Shown here in pieces: positions 1-10,133 of a DNA stretch of 20,000 nt. The DNA lies in contig NW_014577079.1 of the NCBI RefSeq assembly GCF_000485595.1, positions 671,708 through 691,707 on the forward strand. Direction: 5' to 3'. The translations under genes and the position numbers were made by a program. Under the pieces are notes generated by a model. It was given only the letters and a program-made list of their open reading frames with translations, was not told the origin of the DNA and did not search any database. Source of the DNA: Priapulus caudatus. Lineage: Eukaryota. The number at the start of each line of letters is the position of its first letter. Within the stretch, counting starts at the first letter, position 1.

Positions 1-371
1 TTGTATATAATATAATTTATCAACGTTCATCATTCGAGCAAAATATTCAGTTTTGACTGAACTTAGTAAAATTATCTAAATATAAATAAAATGCCAGATT
101 TTTTTACCACGTGAAAGCTGAATACGTGCTATCCTGTTTTTTATATTATTGCATATATACTCACGTTTGTGAAGCTTAATGCAAACATGTTTACATGCAA
201 GAAATGTGATTGCAAAAATGCCAACGTAATTTAAATGTTAACTAGGTGTAATACAGACATCGCAGAAGGCATGTAATTAGCTTAGAGATTATGTAATTAA
301 ACATTTGAGTAATGCTGTGACAACAAATCTCAATTCAAAAACTGATAGTACCAAGAAATACTGCATAACAG

Positions 372-460
372 CAGTGCTCGAAATAAGAAAAAAAATGTGG
401 TTGTCCTGCGGACAACCCAGGCATCAAATCAGGTTGTCCGCAACAATTTCTGGTTGTTCC
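372..460 (+). mobile_element. Solo terminus of a probable hAT-like non-autonomous DNA transposon
   Basis: Begins CAGTGCTCGAAATAAG. Subterminal GGTTGT(C/T)C motif is repeated, including the palindrome GGTTGTCC-TGC-GGACAACC (399-417). No partner TIR seen in the window; family is inferred from the CAG start. Confidence 0.35.
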
Positions 461-524
461 AAAAAATATCCCCAAATCTCCTATTTTCAATCACATAATA
501 ATATGGTCAGAAAATACCCCAAAA

Positions 525-565
525 CAGTGGCGTAGCCAGGATTTTTTAACAAGGGGGGGCCAAAA
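525..565 (+). mobile_element. Solo MITE terminus (CAGTGGCGTAGCCAGG...G-run type)
   Basis: CAGTGGCGTAGCCAGGATTTTTT...GGGGGGGCC resembles a common invertebrate MITE end. No matching CCTGGCTACGCCACTG partner found. Confidence 0.35.
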
Positions 566-869
566 ACAGCGAACTGCGCTTGCTTCAACAGACTTTAATT
601 TCAAGGCAGCAGTAGTGAAATTCTACCAGAGAAATCCTATCAGTCCTGAAGTGCTCTGTTACTAGCTGTAACATCTGTTGGTGATGGTATGGGAGCAAAA
701 AGTAGTCCAGAGAAAGAGACCATATTTCTGTTTATAAACATAAGTATTATTTTTTAATAAAATAGTTTTATGAAAACAATGGTAGTGGGTTTGTTTACTT
801 GTATGAAAAAAGTGACAACTAACAGAGTTTTATTTGAATTTGCTATACTCAAGGGAAATGCCAAAAATG

Positions 870-922
870 TCGTTTATAAATAGGTGTCGGTTCTAAAGAT
901 GGTGATTCTAAAGGGTTGACTG
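870..922 (-). mobile_element. Solo end of a Tc1/mariner (pogo/Tigger-like) MITE
   Basis: Ends ...TTCTAAAGATGGTGATTCTAAAGGGTTGACTG followed by TA (923-924), i.e. TA|CAGTCAACCC on the minus strand, with a repeated TTCTAAAG subterminal motif. Left boundary is approximate. Confidence 0.4.
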
Positions 923-1178
923 TATGTAGTGGTAGTGGTATGGGTAGGCACAGTAGTAGCTAGTAATAGCATAATAATAGTATAGTGATAGTGCGCATAA
1001 CAGTAGCTTTAGTCATTAAGTTAGCGATGTCGCTGTGTGGAACTTGTTCTATACTTAGCCTGGATCTTAGGCAATATCATTCATCTGCCGCCATTCCTTT
1101 TTTAACTTGCATCTACCTGCTAATTTCAGTACATCTGACCAGTAACACCTCAAATGGTGATGTTGTATTCAGCCATGA

Positions 1179-1606
1179 GGCTAAAATGGCAAATTTGTTT
1201 GCTCTTATCCGGCCGACCCACAAATTAAAAATGGTCCAAATCGAGTTTCTGTTGTCTATTTTAAGTTTTTTCTTCTAGTAATAATTCTGTCTCGGTTTGA
1301 TTTGCTGACCTGTTACTGGCAGTTCAAATGTGTAGTATTTTATCCAATGGCAGGGTGTTAAAAGGATTTGCTTGACACACATTTGTAAGACTTGTTACCT
1401 GTCAATTTTACTGAAAAGAAGCATATACCAACCTACCTACCTGCCACCCCAACCACTCAAACCTCCCTACGTACCTGTGTACCTACGAAACCACCCACCC
1501 AACACCTTCCCAAGTATTAAAAAAAAGGTCAAATATTGGCAAACCGTAATATTTTTAAGTGGGGCCTAATTACGCACGACCACAAACAAGTTCTGGGTCG
1601 TAGCCT
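1179..1606. mobile_element. Degenerate PIF/Harbinger-like MITE, possibly composite
   Basis: Ends AGGCTAAAATGGCAAATTTGTTTG and CAAACAAGTTCTGGGTCGTAGCCT match at 16/24 as inverted repeats. ATGA flanks both sides (1175-1178, 1607-1610). Internal CCGACCC/CCTACCTACC motifs are the complement of those in the 5853-6184 MITE. A second GGCC|TAA-type end lies at ~1540-1569. Confidence 0.45.
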
Positions 1607-2035
1607 ATGAGACATTCCCTGGCATGGTCACCAAGTATATGTAAGAGCAGCTCTCCAGGTTTGGAGGTCAAATATGAAATTGATTTTTACTGATAGGGGG
1701 CGAGCAGTTGTTGCGTGACCTTTTCATCCTCTAGAAGAGGGAATAGGCTTTAATATCGCCATCGCAATATCTGCAGGCAAGGACTACTGTGGTTTCTGTT
1801 CAGGATATAGGGTTGTACGCAGTAAAATAAAAGTTCTGAAGGTTGTCGGTTAGAGTGTGTGCGCTGCAGACAGCGGTAAAGCATTGGTAGCAAGTCGATC
1901 TTACAACATTGATTTCATCATCAAAATGCCTAGAAAAAAACATCTGCATATCTTATCAACTTAATCCATCTTTGCTTTTCACTTCCATCCTTTGGAAATC
2001 TATAAAAACTGCAATAGGGACTCTCAGAATGATGG

Positions 2036-2130
2036 TTACAATTTTTATAACATTATTATGACAATTTTACATGACAATTATTATGACATTATTATGACAA
2101 ATTTATAACAACATTATTTATAGTTTTACA
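2036..2130 (+). repeat. Degenerate AT-rich tandem repeat (unit ~ATTATTATGAC)
   Basis: ATTATTATGACA occurs three times, with further degenerate ACAATTTT/ATAACA units. Confidence 0.65.
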
Positions 2131-2906
2131 ACATGATACCATTTTCACGCAGTTAATGTTACGGAGCCAATGATTGTTTAGAACCAGTGGGTTTGTTGTC
2201 ACGCCACTGTGACGTCATCACTTCGGAGCTCTATTAGATGTGCATCAAAGGGCGCGTTTGTTTGGTCGGATCCACAGATCTCGATCCAATGGATTCGTTG
2301 ATCTGACTGTTTTTTTGGTCGGATCACTTGATCTCGATCCACTGAACCCGACTCTGCTAGCGAGGTGGATTCGAACGAGATCCAATATGGCGGCCTGCGC
2401 TTCAGCCAATCACAGCTTGTTCTTTGTTATGAACCATCCCGTGATAGGTCACAGCGAAACGTGAACCGTTCAAAATGAGTTTGCGTTTGTTTGGTCGGAT
2501 CAGAATCACATGATCGCGATCCGATGGATTCATCCCTAACAAACACGCCCAAAGAAAAATGGCGTGTGCCGTTGTCATGGCAACAGAAACTGTCAAGCAG
2601 TAATTTCATGTTAACCAAATTTTCATGTTAACAAGTCGATACTGTGCAAATTGGTAAGTGGAAAAGGACGAGAAGAAAAAAATGAAATAATTTCTGACAT
2701 ATATTCAAAACATTACTATGTGGAGGTGGTACTGCCTTCTTCTAATAGCTGTATTCGTGACCCCCTCTGCCCCCCCCCCCCCGGGTTTCTCACGCACTCG
2801 GTGTCCCAAGCTCACACACGTGGCACGAGTTTGCACGCGGAGGCGCGCACACACGCACGCACGCCGGCGCTTCGCGTCCACAAGGCACACCCATGGTCGC
2901 ACACCC
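2096..2906 (+). repeat. Duplicated segment, copy A (direct repeat of 4141-4993)
   Basis: Colinear with 4141-4993 from GACAAATTT to CATGGTCGCACACCC and ends exactly at the N-gap. Contains three internal TTTGGTCGGATC...GATC(T/G)CGATCC modules. Confidence 0.9.
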
Positions 2907-3497
2907 NNNNNNNNNNNNNNNNNNNNNNNNNNNNNNNNNNNNNNNNNNNNNNNNNNNNNNNNNNNNNNNNNNNNNNNNNNNNNNNNNNNNNNNNNNNNNN
3001 NNNNNNNNNNNNNNNNNNNNNNNNNNNNNNNNNNNNNNNNNNNNNNNNNNNNNNNNNNNNNNNNNNNNNNNNNNNNNNNNNNNNNNNNNNNNNNNNNNNN
3101 NNNNNNNNNNNNNNNNNNNNNNNNNNNNNNNNNNNNNNNNNNNNNNNNNNNNNNNNNNNNNNNNNNNNNNNNNNNNNNNNNNNNNNNNNNNNNNNNNNNN
3201 NNNNNNNNNNNNNNNNNNNNNNNNNNNNNNNNNNNNNNNNNNNNNNNNNNNNNNNNNNNNNNNNNNNNNNNNNNNNNNNNNNNNNNNNNNNNNNNNNNNN
3301 NNNNNNNNNNNNNNNNNNNNNNNNNNNNNNNNNNNNNNNNNNNNNNNNNNNNNNNNNNNNNNNNNNNNNNNNNNNNNNNNNNNNNNNNNNNNNNNNNNNN
3401 NNNNNNNNNNNNNNNNNNNNNNNNNNNNNNNNNNNNNNNNNNNNNNNNNNNNNNNNNNNNNNNNNNNNNNNNNNNNNNNNNNNNNNNNNNNNNNNNN
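2907..3497. other. Assembly gap (591 N)
   Basis: Run of N. Confidence 1.
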
Positions 3498-4140
3498 CCA
3501 ACAACCCAACACTAGCACACAGACATTAGAATAAAGAGTTGATCGGATCGCTAAAAATAACTTGTTTTATTTATCTTGGCTGATTTCATCCCTTTAGAGA
3601 TTCTAATCCAGTGTACCTGCATATCTTCCAGCCACAAAATATCATCACAATCCATCAACAAACTAAGCCAAATTACTATTTACGTAGTAGCCACGTATGT
3701 AGCCCCTCCAGCCTACCGACTGTTTCACGTCGGCAGAAAACCACTTCTCGCCACGATATAGTAGACAAACGAGCAGGTAACTTTGGCTACCGTTATAGGT
3801 AACCGGTATTGATGCTGTTGTTTAGTTGATTTATATATATATATAAACAGAGGGTAGTAACCAGACCTGTACCTCTGCCATACGTTCAGTTACTTACACA
3901 CCACAAATTTTGTGTGTTGCCTAACCTTTTTGTTGCTAACCTTTTTGTACCCCCCTACATTGAGAACTCTATCGAGCGCTATTTCAATCATAAAGACATA
4001 CTTTTGATGTGCCGGCGAATTTCAACCAACTTTTAGGAGGCGCGATGATGCGCGCACCATGGACAATTTCGGCCCCCTGTGTGCGCGATGGAGCGCGAGC
4101 GCGATCGCTGCCTCTTAAAAAGAAAGCCTGCCATGATTTA

Positions 4141-4993
4141 GACAAATTTTTAACAAATATTTATAGTTTTACAACATGATACCATTTTCACGCCAGTTAA
4201 TGTTACGGAGAGGCCAAATGAATTGTTATCGAACCAGTGGCGTTGGTTGTCACGCCACTGTGACGTCATCACTTCGGAGCTCTATTAGCATGTGCATCAC
4301 AAGGCGCGTTTGTTTGGTCGATGCCACAGATCTCGATCCATATGGATTCGTTGATCTGACTGGTTTGTTGTGTGCAGGAATCACTTGAATCTCGATCCAC
4401 TGAAACCCACTCTGCTAGCCGAGGTGGTATTCGAAACGAGATCCAATATGCGGCCTGCACGCTTCAGCAATCCAGCAGCTTGTTCTTGTTATGAACCCAT
4501 CCCGTGATGGAGGCACAGCGAACGTGAACCGTTGCAAAATGAGTGATGCGTTTGTTTTGGTCGGATCAGAATCACATGAGTCGGCGATCCGATGAGATTC
4601 AATCCCTAACAAACACGGCCCAAAGAAAAATGGCTGTGTCGTTTCATGGCCAACAGAAACTGCGTCAAGCAGTAATTTCATGTTAACCAAATTTTCATTA
4701 CAAGTCGATACTGTTGCAGAATTGTAAGTGGAAAAGGACGAGAGAAAAAAATGAAAGTAACTTTCTGACATATATTTCAAAACATTACCCGATGTGAAGG
4801 TGGTACTGCCTTCTTCTATAGCTGTATTCGTGACCCCCTCTCCCCCCCCCCCGCCGGTTCTCGTTCCACGCACTCGGTGCCCAAGCTCACACATGTGCAC
4901 GAGTTTTTCTATTCGCGGCACATCACGGCGCGCGCGCACACACACACGCACGCACGCGCTTGCGTCCACAAGCACACCCATGGTCGCACACCC
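4141..4993 (+). repeat. Duplicated segment, copy B (indel-rich copy of 2096-2906)
   Basis: Same sequence order as copy A with many 1-2 nt insertions (e.g. GGATCCACAG vs CGATGCCACAG; GGTGGATTCGAACG vs GGTGGTATTCGAAACG). Confidence 0.9.
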
Positions 4994-5011
4994 CGCATAT
5001 GTACCCCTGTA

Positions 5012-5417
5012 CCGTAGTATTTGGACGCTCGCCCGAAACTGGACGCTTCCTAACGTGCCGCATGCGTGCAGGCGGCTTCTTGTTTTGCAAGGCGCGCGCA
5101 TGGCAGCATGCGCAGTAAGTAATCTGTGCATCTCGCCCATCGAAAACAGTCGCACATAAACAACATGCGAGGCAAACCCGCGTCAACTCATTGGAAACAT
5201 TTGATTGAAACAATTTGCGAATGTGTAAGTTAGTTAAGACTGTGTTATTGTGTCAGGTTACAAGGCGAAACATAAGAAAACAAAAGTTCTGGCTACTATT
5301 TCCTACGGCTCTGCAAACACAGATTCAGACAAAACAAAAACAAGAGAAAAACAAAAGAGCATGCGCGCATGTGCACTTAGGAGCGTCCAGTTTCGGGCGA
5401 GCGTCCAAATACTACGG
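5012..5417. mobile_element. Tc1/mariner-superfamily MITE (406 bp, TA target duplication)
   Basis: Perfect 36-bp TIR CCGTAGTATTTGGACGCTCGCCCGAAACTGGACGCT (5012-5047 / 5382-5417), extending imperfectly to ~60 bp. TA at 5010-5011 and 5418-5419. TGGACGCT occurs twice in each TIR. Confidence 0.9.
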
Positions 5418-5852
5418 TATGCACCTCCACAGCACACACGCGAGCGCCTGCACGTACACTCACGCGTACACGAACGTGTTGAAATATGTAGTAGAATATC
5501 GGTCCGTCTAATCCAGATTAGACGTTAGCTATCATAGCAAACAATCAATACAATCATATCGCTCTACATTTATTGCAACATAGTGCAAAAGAAATTCAGT
5601 GAAATTTTTTGTTTAGAAATCACTAATTCAAATAGGCAGAGTAACGAGAAAGGAGGATTATTGTTTCATTTTTAATTTCATCAATTACTTTGTGCTGAAC
5701 CTTTCAGCCAATGAACATAATGTCGGAACATCCTGATAAACATGGTAATAAACGTTGAAGTTCATTGCGTTCATTGTTCATTGCGGACATGCTGAACTTA
5801 TGCGCGCACTGTAACGCGCTTTGTGTGCTCAAGATTATAGGTAATCGTATGA

Positions 5853-6184
5853 GGCCAAACAAAAAAATAGGTGTGTTTCTTATTGCATCGAAAACAAAAG
5901 TAGGGTAGGTAGGTAGGGATTTTTTAAAATATTTTTTTTTTATTCTTTGGTTTCTAATATCCCTCTGATGCATGCTATAAAGTGGTGTATAGGTAGGGAT
6001 AAGTTAGTAAGCAAGACTGCAAGTCCAGAACATGTTTGTATTAAAAAATCTCAAGTTTTGTCTGTCAGATTTCAAATTAAAAATTTTATTTATTTATTTA
6101 TTTTTTTGAAAAAAAAGGGTAGGGTCGGCCCTATTAATCTAGGGATGGTCGGTCGACCGGAAACATCTATTTTTTGGTTTGGCC
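5853..6184. mobile_element. PIF/Harbinger-like MITE (332 bp, TGA target duplication)
   Basis: TIRs GGCCAAACAAAAAAATAGGTGTGTTTC / GAAACATCTATTTTTTGGTTTGGCC. 3-bp TGA at 5850-5852 and 6185-6187. Internal GGGTAGG/GGTCGG motifs. Confidence 0.85.
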
Positions 6185-7419
6185 TGACGCAAAAATGCGT
6201 GTTAAAAATGAGACGTTACCAGCTATCATCATGCACTGTACCGTCCGCGCATATATCTGTGTATTTGTCTAGACTACTCTCTACTTTTACATGCACCAAG
6301 CCGTGTGGCATTGGGTATTTGTCCGGCCCACTTGAGCTCATGGCTGTGCGTCTAGTGTGTTTGTGTTCTACTGTTCCATTTACGTGTACAGTTTTTAGCG
6401 CGAGTCACAACAACTAGTTCTTTCGACTAGACTAGTTTCCTCTTCCCAATAATGAATACACTTTCCCTGTTCGGTTGTCGACTTTCTCCCATTCACGTAC
6501 AGTGGTTTTGACTTCCTGTAGACGCATCTATGTTGGGACTTCCTGAATGTTTACTATTTTTTCTGTCTGCGCGTGGAAGAAAGTACGCGCCGTTGTATTA
6601 TATTTCGCGTGGAGTGGGTGCCAGTGCCACGAAGGTTGAATAAAAGCAAAAGGGGTCAACGCACGTAATCATGGGCGCATAGTTCTTGCAGGCGTTTCAC
6701 TGTCCTAGTTCTTTTTACTTCGCAGACCTTGTATGTCTGTTCCGGTATATGTGACCATTAGCAATGTCGCCGTGACGCGTATACCGTATACGTGCCAGTA
6801 AGAGGGTAGAGGGTAGACGAGTCTCAAGCCCCTCAACCAACTCCACAGTTTCCGTATAGTGCTGTAAAAAATCTTTGAGAGAAGTGGTTTGGGTCTGATG
6901 ACCTAAAATATATGATATATCTTAAATTGGAAATCGTTTTAATTTGTGAAATTAAAATGTTTTTCACGAGTTTTGGGCAGAAAACGTGTTACAACTTAGA
7001 GCAAAACATATTACTGAACTCTTAACTGAAATACGTTTAACTAATAAGTTTCCCTAGGATTAAAGAGTTTAAAACCATAAAACTCATGCTGTTTTAAGTT
7101 TTTGTTCAGGGACAAATGGTGGTGATCAAGTACGATAGAATTTTTCAAAAATAACCCCAAAATAAAAGAGGGAAGGTTACAATAATTTGATTGTAAAAAG
7201 CCTATATATATAAATTGGCTGTACGATGTGTGGATACTTACAAATTTAACTAGGCAGTGCTAAACACTTTCATCTTTCCTCAAAAACCATCTAAACACGC
7301 TGCACCCTTTAAACAATACACAAATTTAACTATCATAGTATAGTTAGTCTGGGCTCACTCACTGATCATGAATAGTAAGTACATTGTTGCTAGCCCTCTC
7401 GTTGCTACATGTATCGTTA

Positions 7420-7858
7420 AGCCTGGCGCACATTGCCAAACATTTTCCCGAACAAATGTTCGTCTGAACAAATGTTTTTGTCTGGCAATGTGCGGGTGAA
7501 CAATTGCTGAGTGCACATTGCTGAACATTTTGCAGCGAACAACCTCGTGGCGCCGTCTAGTAGCTGGGTTGTAAAGAGTCACGTGATCGGCGCATGATTG
7601 GGCACAAAAATCATGTGACCACATATCGTGCTGCTATTGGTTACTACTTTACAAATGTTCCTAGAATTGTTCGACATTTAGCGCACATTGAGGAACATTC
7701 GACGAACAATGTTTGAGATATCAAACATTTCCGATCTTCAGAAACATTGTTCGGAACAAATGTTCGGCGACTTGTTTCACCGCACATTGCCGAACATTTC
7801 ATGGAACATTGCTACGATAATGTTTTTGAGCAAAATGTTCGGCAATGTGCGCCGGGCT
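7420..7858. mobile_element. PIF/Harbinger-like MITE (439 bp, TTA target duplication)
   Basis: 27-bp TIR AGCC(T/C)GGCGCACATTGCC(A/G)AACATTTT with 2 mismatches. TTA at 7417-7419 and 7859-7861. Many internal GCACATTGC/GAACATTT repeats in both orientations. Confidence 0.88.
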
Positions 7859-8582
7859 TTACAAGCCACATACATAGGCATCCTGTTTCCTTTCAACTTT
7901 TCCTTGAAACCTATGTACACGAAGTAGCTGCAGTATCATGATCTACAGGAAACAATGACGCCATATAATAAATTAACTTATCCACCAGCAGTACTTGTGA
8001 ATAATGGAGTGAACTGTAGAAGTAGCTGAATAGTAGAGCTGGTAAGACAATAGTCATTATGAAAATTGGCACTGAGATGCATTCTGAGGACGAAAAATTC
8101 AGTTCTGTAGTTAATCCCTCTCAGCTTGATGGAGAGGGGCAACACCCAGGGGGGGGGGGTCACTCATGATATTACTTAATATGCATGCTCGGCAAAGCAT
8201 CTCAAAATTGGACCCTAAATGACGTATTCAGCGGTAGCAAATTTTGCCCCTTATTGGCGTAAGATAATGTATATCTTACCCCTAAATGGCGTAGCACAAT
8301 AAATTGGTCCCTTTTAAAATCATGTTAAAGGCATACTAGGCCCATTGATTATGCAATGTTGACGAATGCTAGAGTGACTGGCACCTTGTGTAGTTAATAA
8401 GTACATAACCTTATAGCCTAACGCGTATTAGTTTGCCCAATATCGCTGCTGTTACATTACAAGCAAGACTTGAAACCGGTTGTTGATATTCATTTACATG
8501 CCGTAAATGTCATCCAGGAGTCAAGCGATGAGTCGCCGATGACGTAAACATTTGTGCGGCCCGTATGTTTTGGACGCCAGAT

Positions 8583-8683
8583 GAAATGGAAGTGTCAGCG
8601 GTGTAACCACGGCCACGGAATAAACATGGAAATGGAGGTGTCAGCGGTGTAACCACGGCCAAGGACTAAACATGGAAATGGAG
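8583..8683 (+). repeat. 46-bp tandem repeat, ~2.2 copies
   Basis: GAAATGGA(A/G)GTGTCAGCGGTGTAACCACGGCCA(C/A)GGA(A/C)TAAACATG at 8583 and 8629, partial third unit at 8675. Confidence 0.9.
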
Positions 8684-8972
8684 TAAAACACACGTACTAA
8701 TCACGGACGCACGTGGACAGCCCTGACAAAAAGTTCCTTATTATCACGAGTGTCCTTGTTTACGAAATCACTAATGATAGCATTGCGTACGGCCGAGCGT
8801 GCATGCGAAAATGTCCGGTGCACTATAAATCTGTATCACACCCGCTTCGCCGGCAGCGGTTTGAAGCTGTAAACAACTGATTTCTTGGACTGCGGATTTT
8901 AATTAGACATTTCCTAGTAACCAGCAGTGATATTGGACAAACTAATACGCGTTTGGATGTAAGGTTATGTAC

Positions 8973-9230
8973 TTATTAGCTCATCTGACATAGGCAGATG
9001 CAGCTTGTAGAATCGCATGAGCGTGCGTCCGTCCGTGCGTCTGTCCGTGCGTCCGTGCGTCCGTCAACAGTTGGGCACAAATCTTAACCGCTCGACGTAC
9101 GGTCACGATATTCGGGACGTAGGGGGGTAATCCGAAAACGAGTTGGGATGTCGAAGCTGGGGGGCAAAGGTCAAAGGTCAAGAGAAGAGGTGTAAAAGAA
9201 GGGGGAACATTCAATCCTTAACTTAAGTCA
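8973..9230 (+). mobile_element. 5' part of a Helentron-associated (HINE / pearl / DINE-1-like) non-autonomous element
   Basis: TTATT, then hairpin AGCTCATCTG (8978-8987)...CAGATGCAGCT (8995-9005), then (GTCC/GTGC)n microsatellite (~9020-9065), then CAAAGGTCAAAGGTCA (9165-9180): the usual HINE order. The 3' end is not seen and the right boundary is approximate. Confidence 0.65.
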
Positions 9231-9350
9231 TAGGGAGGAAATCAGATTGCGGCAAGCAAAATGCTAATGGCTTGACGCTAAGGCTCTGTGATAGTGCGGT
9301 GTATAGCATCATGGTAGGAAAACGCCATCACTGTTGCCGAAAATGGAGGT

Positions 9351-9375
9351 NNNNNNNNNNNNNNNNNNNNNNNNN
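9351..9375. other. Assembly gap (25 N)
   Basis: Exactly 25 N, probably a fixed-size placeholder, so the true gap size is unknown. Confidence 1.
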
Positions 9376-9759
9376 ACAGCTGTACGTGGGGAGCTCAACA
9401 GTTGGAGACGCCAGGAATCTCTACACATTTGCACCAGAGAATACGACGAAAAACATTGTTTATCAAGAGGCTTTGAAATGAAAAGTGCAACCCATTCGTA
9501 CATGCTGTTATAATAACTTTTTGTCATTTACACAATATTACTATTATGTTCCAGGGGTTCTAAGTTGGGTTGTGCTGTGAAATAAATGTCATACGTAACA
9601 GTTTTTTACCATACTTATTATCTTATTAGACTGATTTGTAAATATTGATATTGTGTGCAATGTTATTCTCCATTTTTACCCAATGTTCCTATTGTGTCCG
9701 ATTATTAGTACTATGAATTAGTAGCACGATTTTGCAGCGCAGCGGGTACCCGCAGCTAG
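9376..9759 (+). mobile_element. Helitron 3' end
   Basis: Helicase tail, AT-rich 3' region, then GC-rich TTTGCAGCGCAGCGGGTACCCGC (palindrome GCGGGTACCCGC at 9742-9753) and CTAG (9756-9759) followed by T: the canonical CTRR|T terminus. Confidence 0.8.
9377..9481 (+). pseudogene. C-terminal fragment of Helitron RepHel (Pif1-family SF1 helicase)
   Basis: Translates as QLYVGSSTVGDARNLYTFAPENTTKNIVYQEALK*, matching the Helitron helicase tail (FSHGQLYVAxSRV...TKNIVYxE.L). Truncated 5' by the gap. Confidence 0.85.
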
Positions 9760-10057
9760 TATTAAATAGGGTGTGTAGAGTAAATTCCCCACCACTGCCA
9801 GAGTGACAGTTGGTGGATCATTGAAGTAGACTATGAAGGCAAACTTTTAAAGCAATAAAAAAACTATATACCCTATTGCAAGGTTCAAGTAAAAAAGCCA
9901 TCTTTTCTGCCGGACTAGAAATAAAGACTGCAATCTCTCGCAAAGGCGCAGCTAACTAGTTTTTTTGGCTTGACGGCCGTTCGAATAAAACTATGTTTAG
10001 GCAATTTTGTTTGTGCTAGTGAGAGAATTTCTCATGTACTTCGTTTACTGTCACAGG

Positions 10058-10133
10058 CACGCGCTCACACGCGCGCACACACACGCGCGCGGACACACGC
10101 TCACGCACACTCGCGCGCACGTGCACACACAGA
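10058..10133. repeat. Mixed (CA)/(CG) microsatellite
   Basis: CACGCGCTCACACGCGCGCACACACACGCGCGC... Similar tracts occur at ~2810-2870, ~4925-4960 and ~18455-18525. Confidence 0.8.

Noticed and set aside
2651..3534. Long ORFs of 213-292 aa in all six frames
   Set aside because: They are open only because they run through the 591-N gap.
4415..5155. 246-aa minus-strand ORF
   Set aside because: It spans an indel-rich duplicated repeat, a CA/CG microsatellite and a MITE TIR, and has no recognisable domain.
7290..7312. GCACCCT|TTAA as a Kolobok-type end
   Set aside because: Short match with no partner terminus in the window.
7420..7858. Interspersed GCACATTGC/GAACATTT repeats as a repeat-spacer array
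   Set aside because: Irregular spacing, both orientations, and enclosed by TIRs with a TTA duplication; these are MITE subterminal repeats.
8583..8683. CRISPR-like repeat array
   Set aside because: Contiguous 46-bp tandem units with no unique spacers, only ~2 copies, no cas genes, and a eukaryotic context.
9272..9350. N-terminal part of the 69-aa ORF as part of the Helitron helicase
   Set aside because: The pre-gap peptide (MTLRLCDSAV...) lacks helicase motifs, and the second copy shows CFSH should precede QLYV. The frame across the gap is arbitrary.
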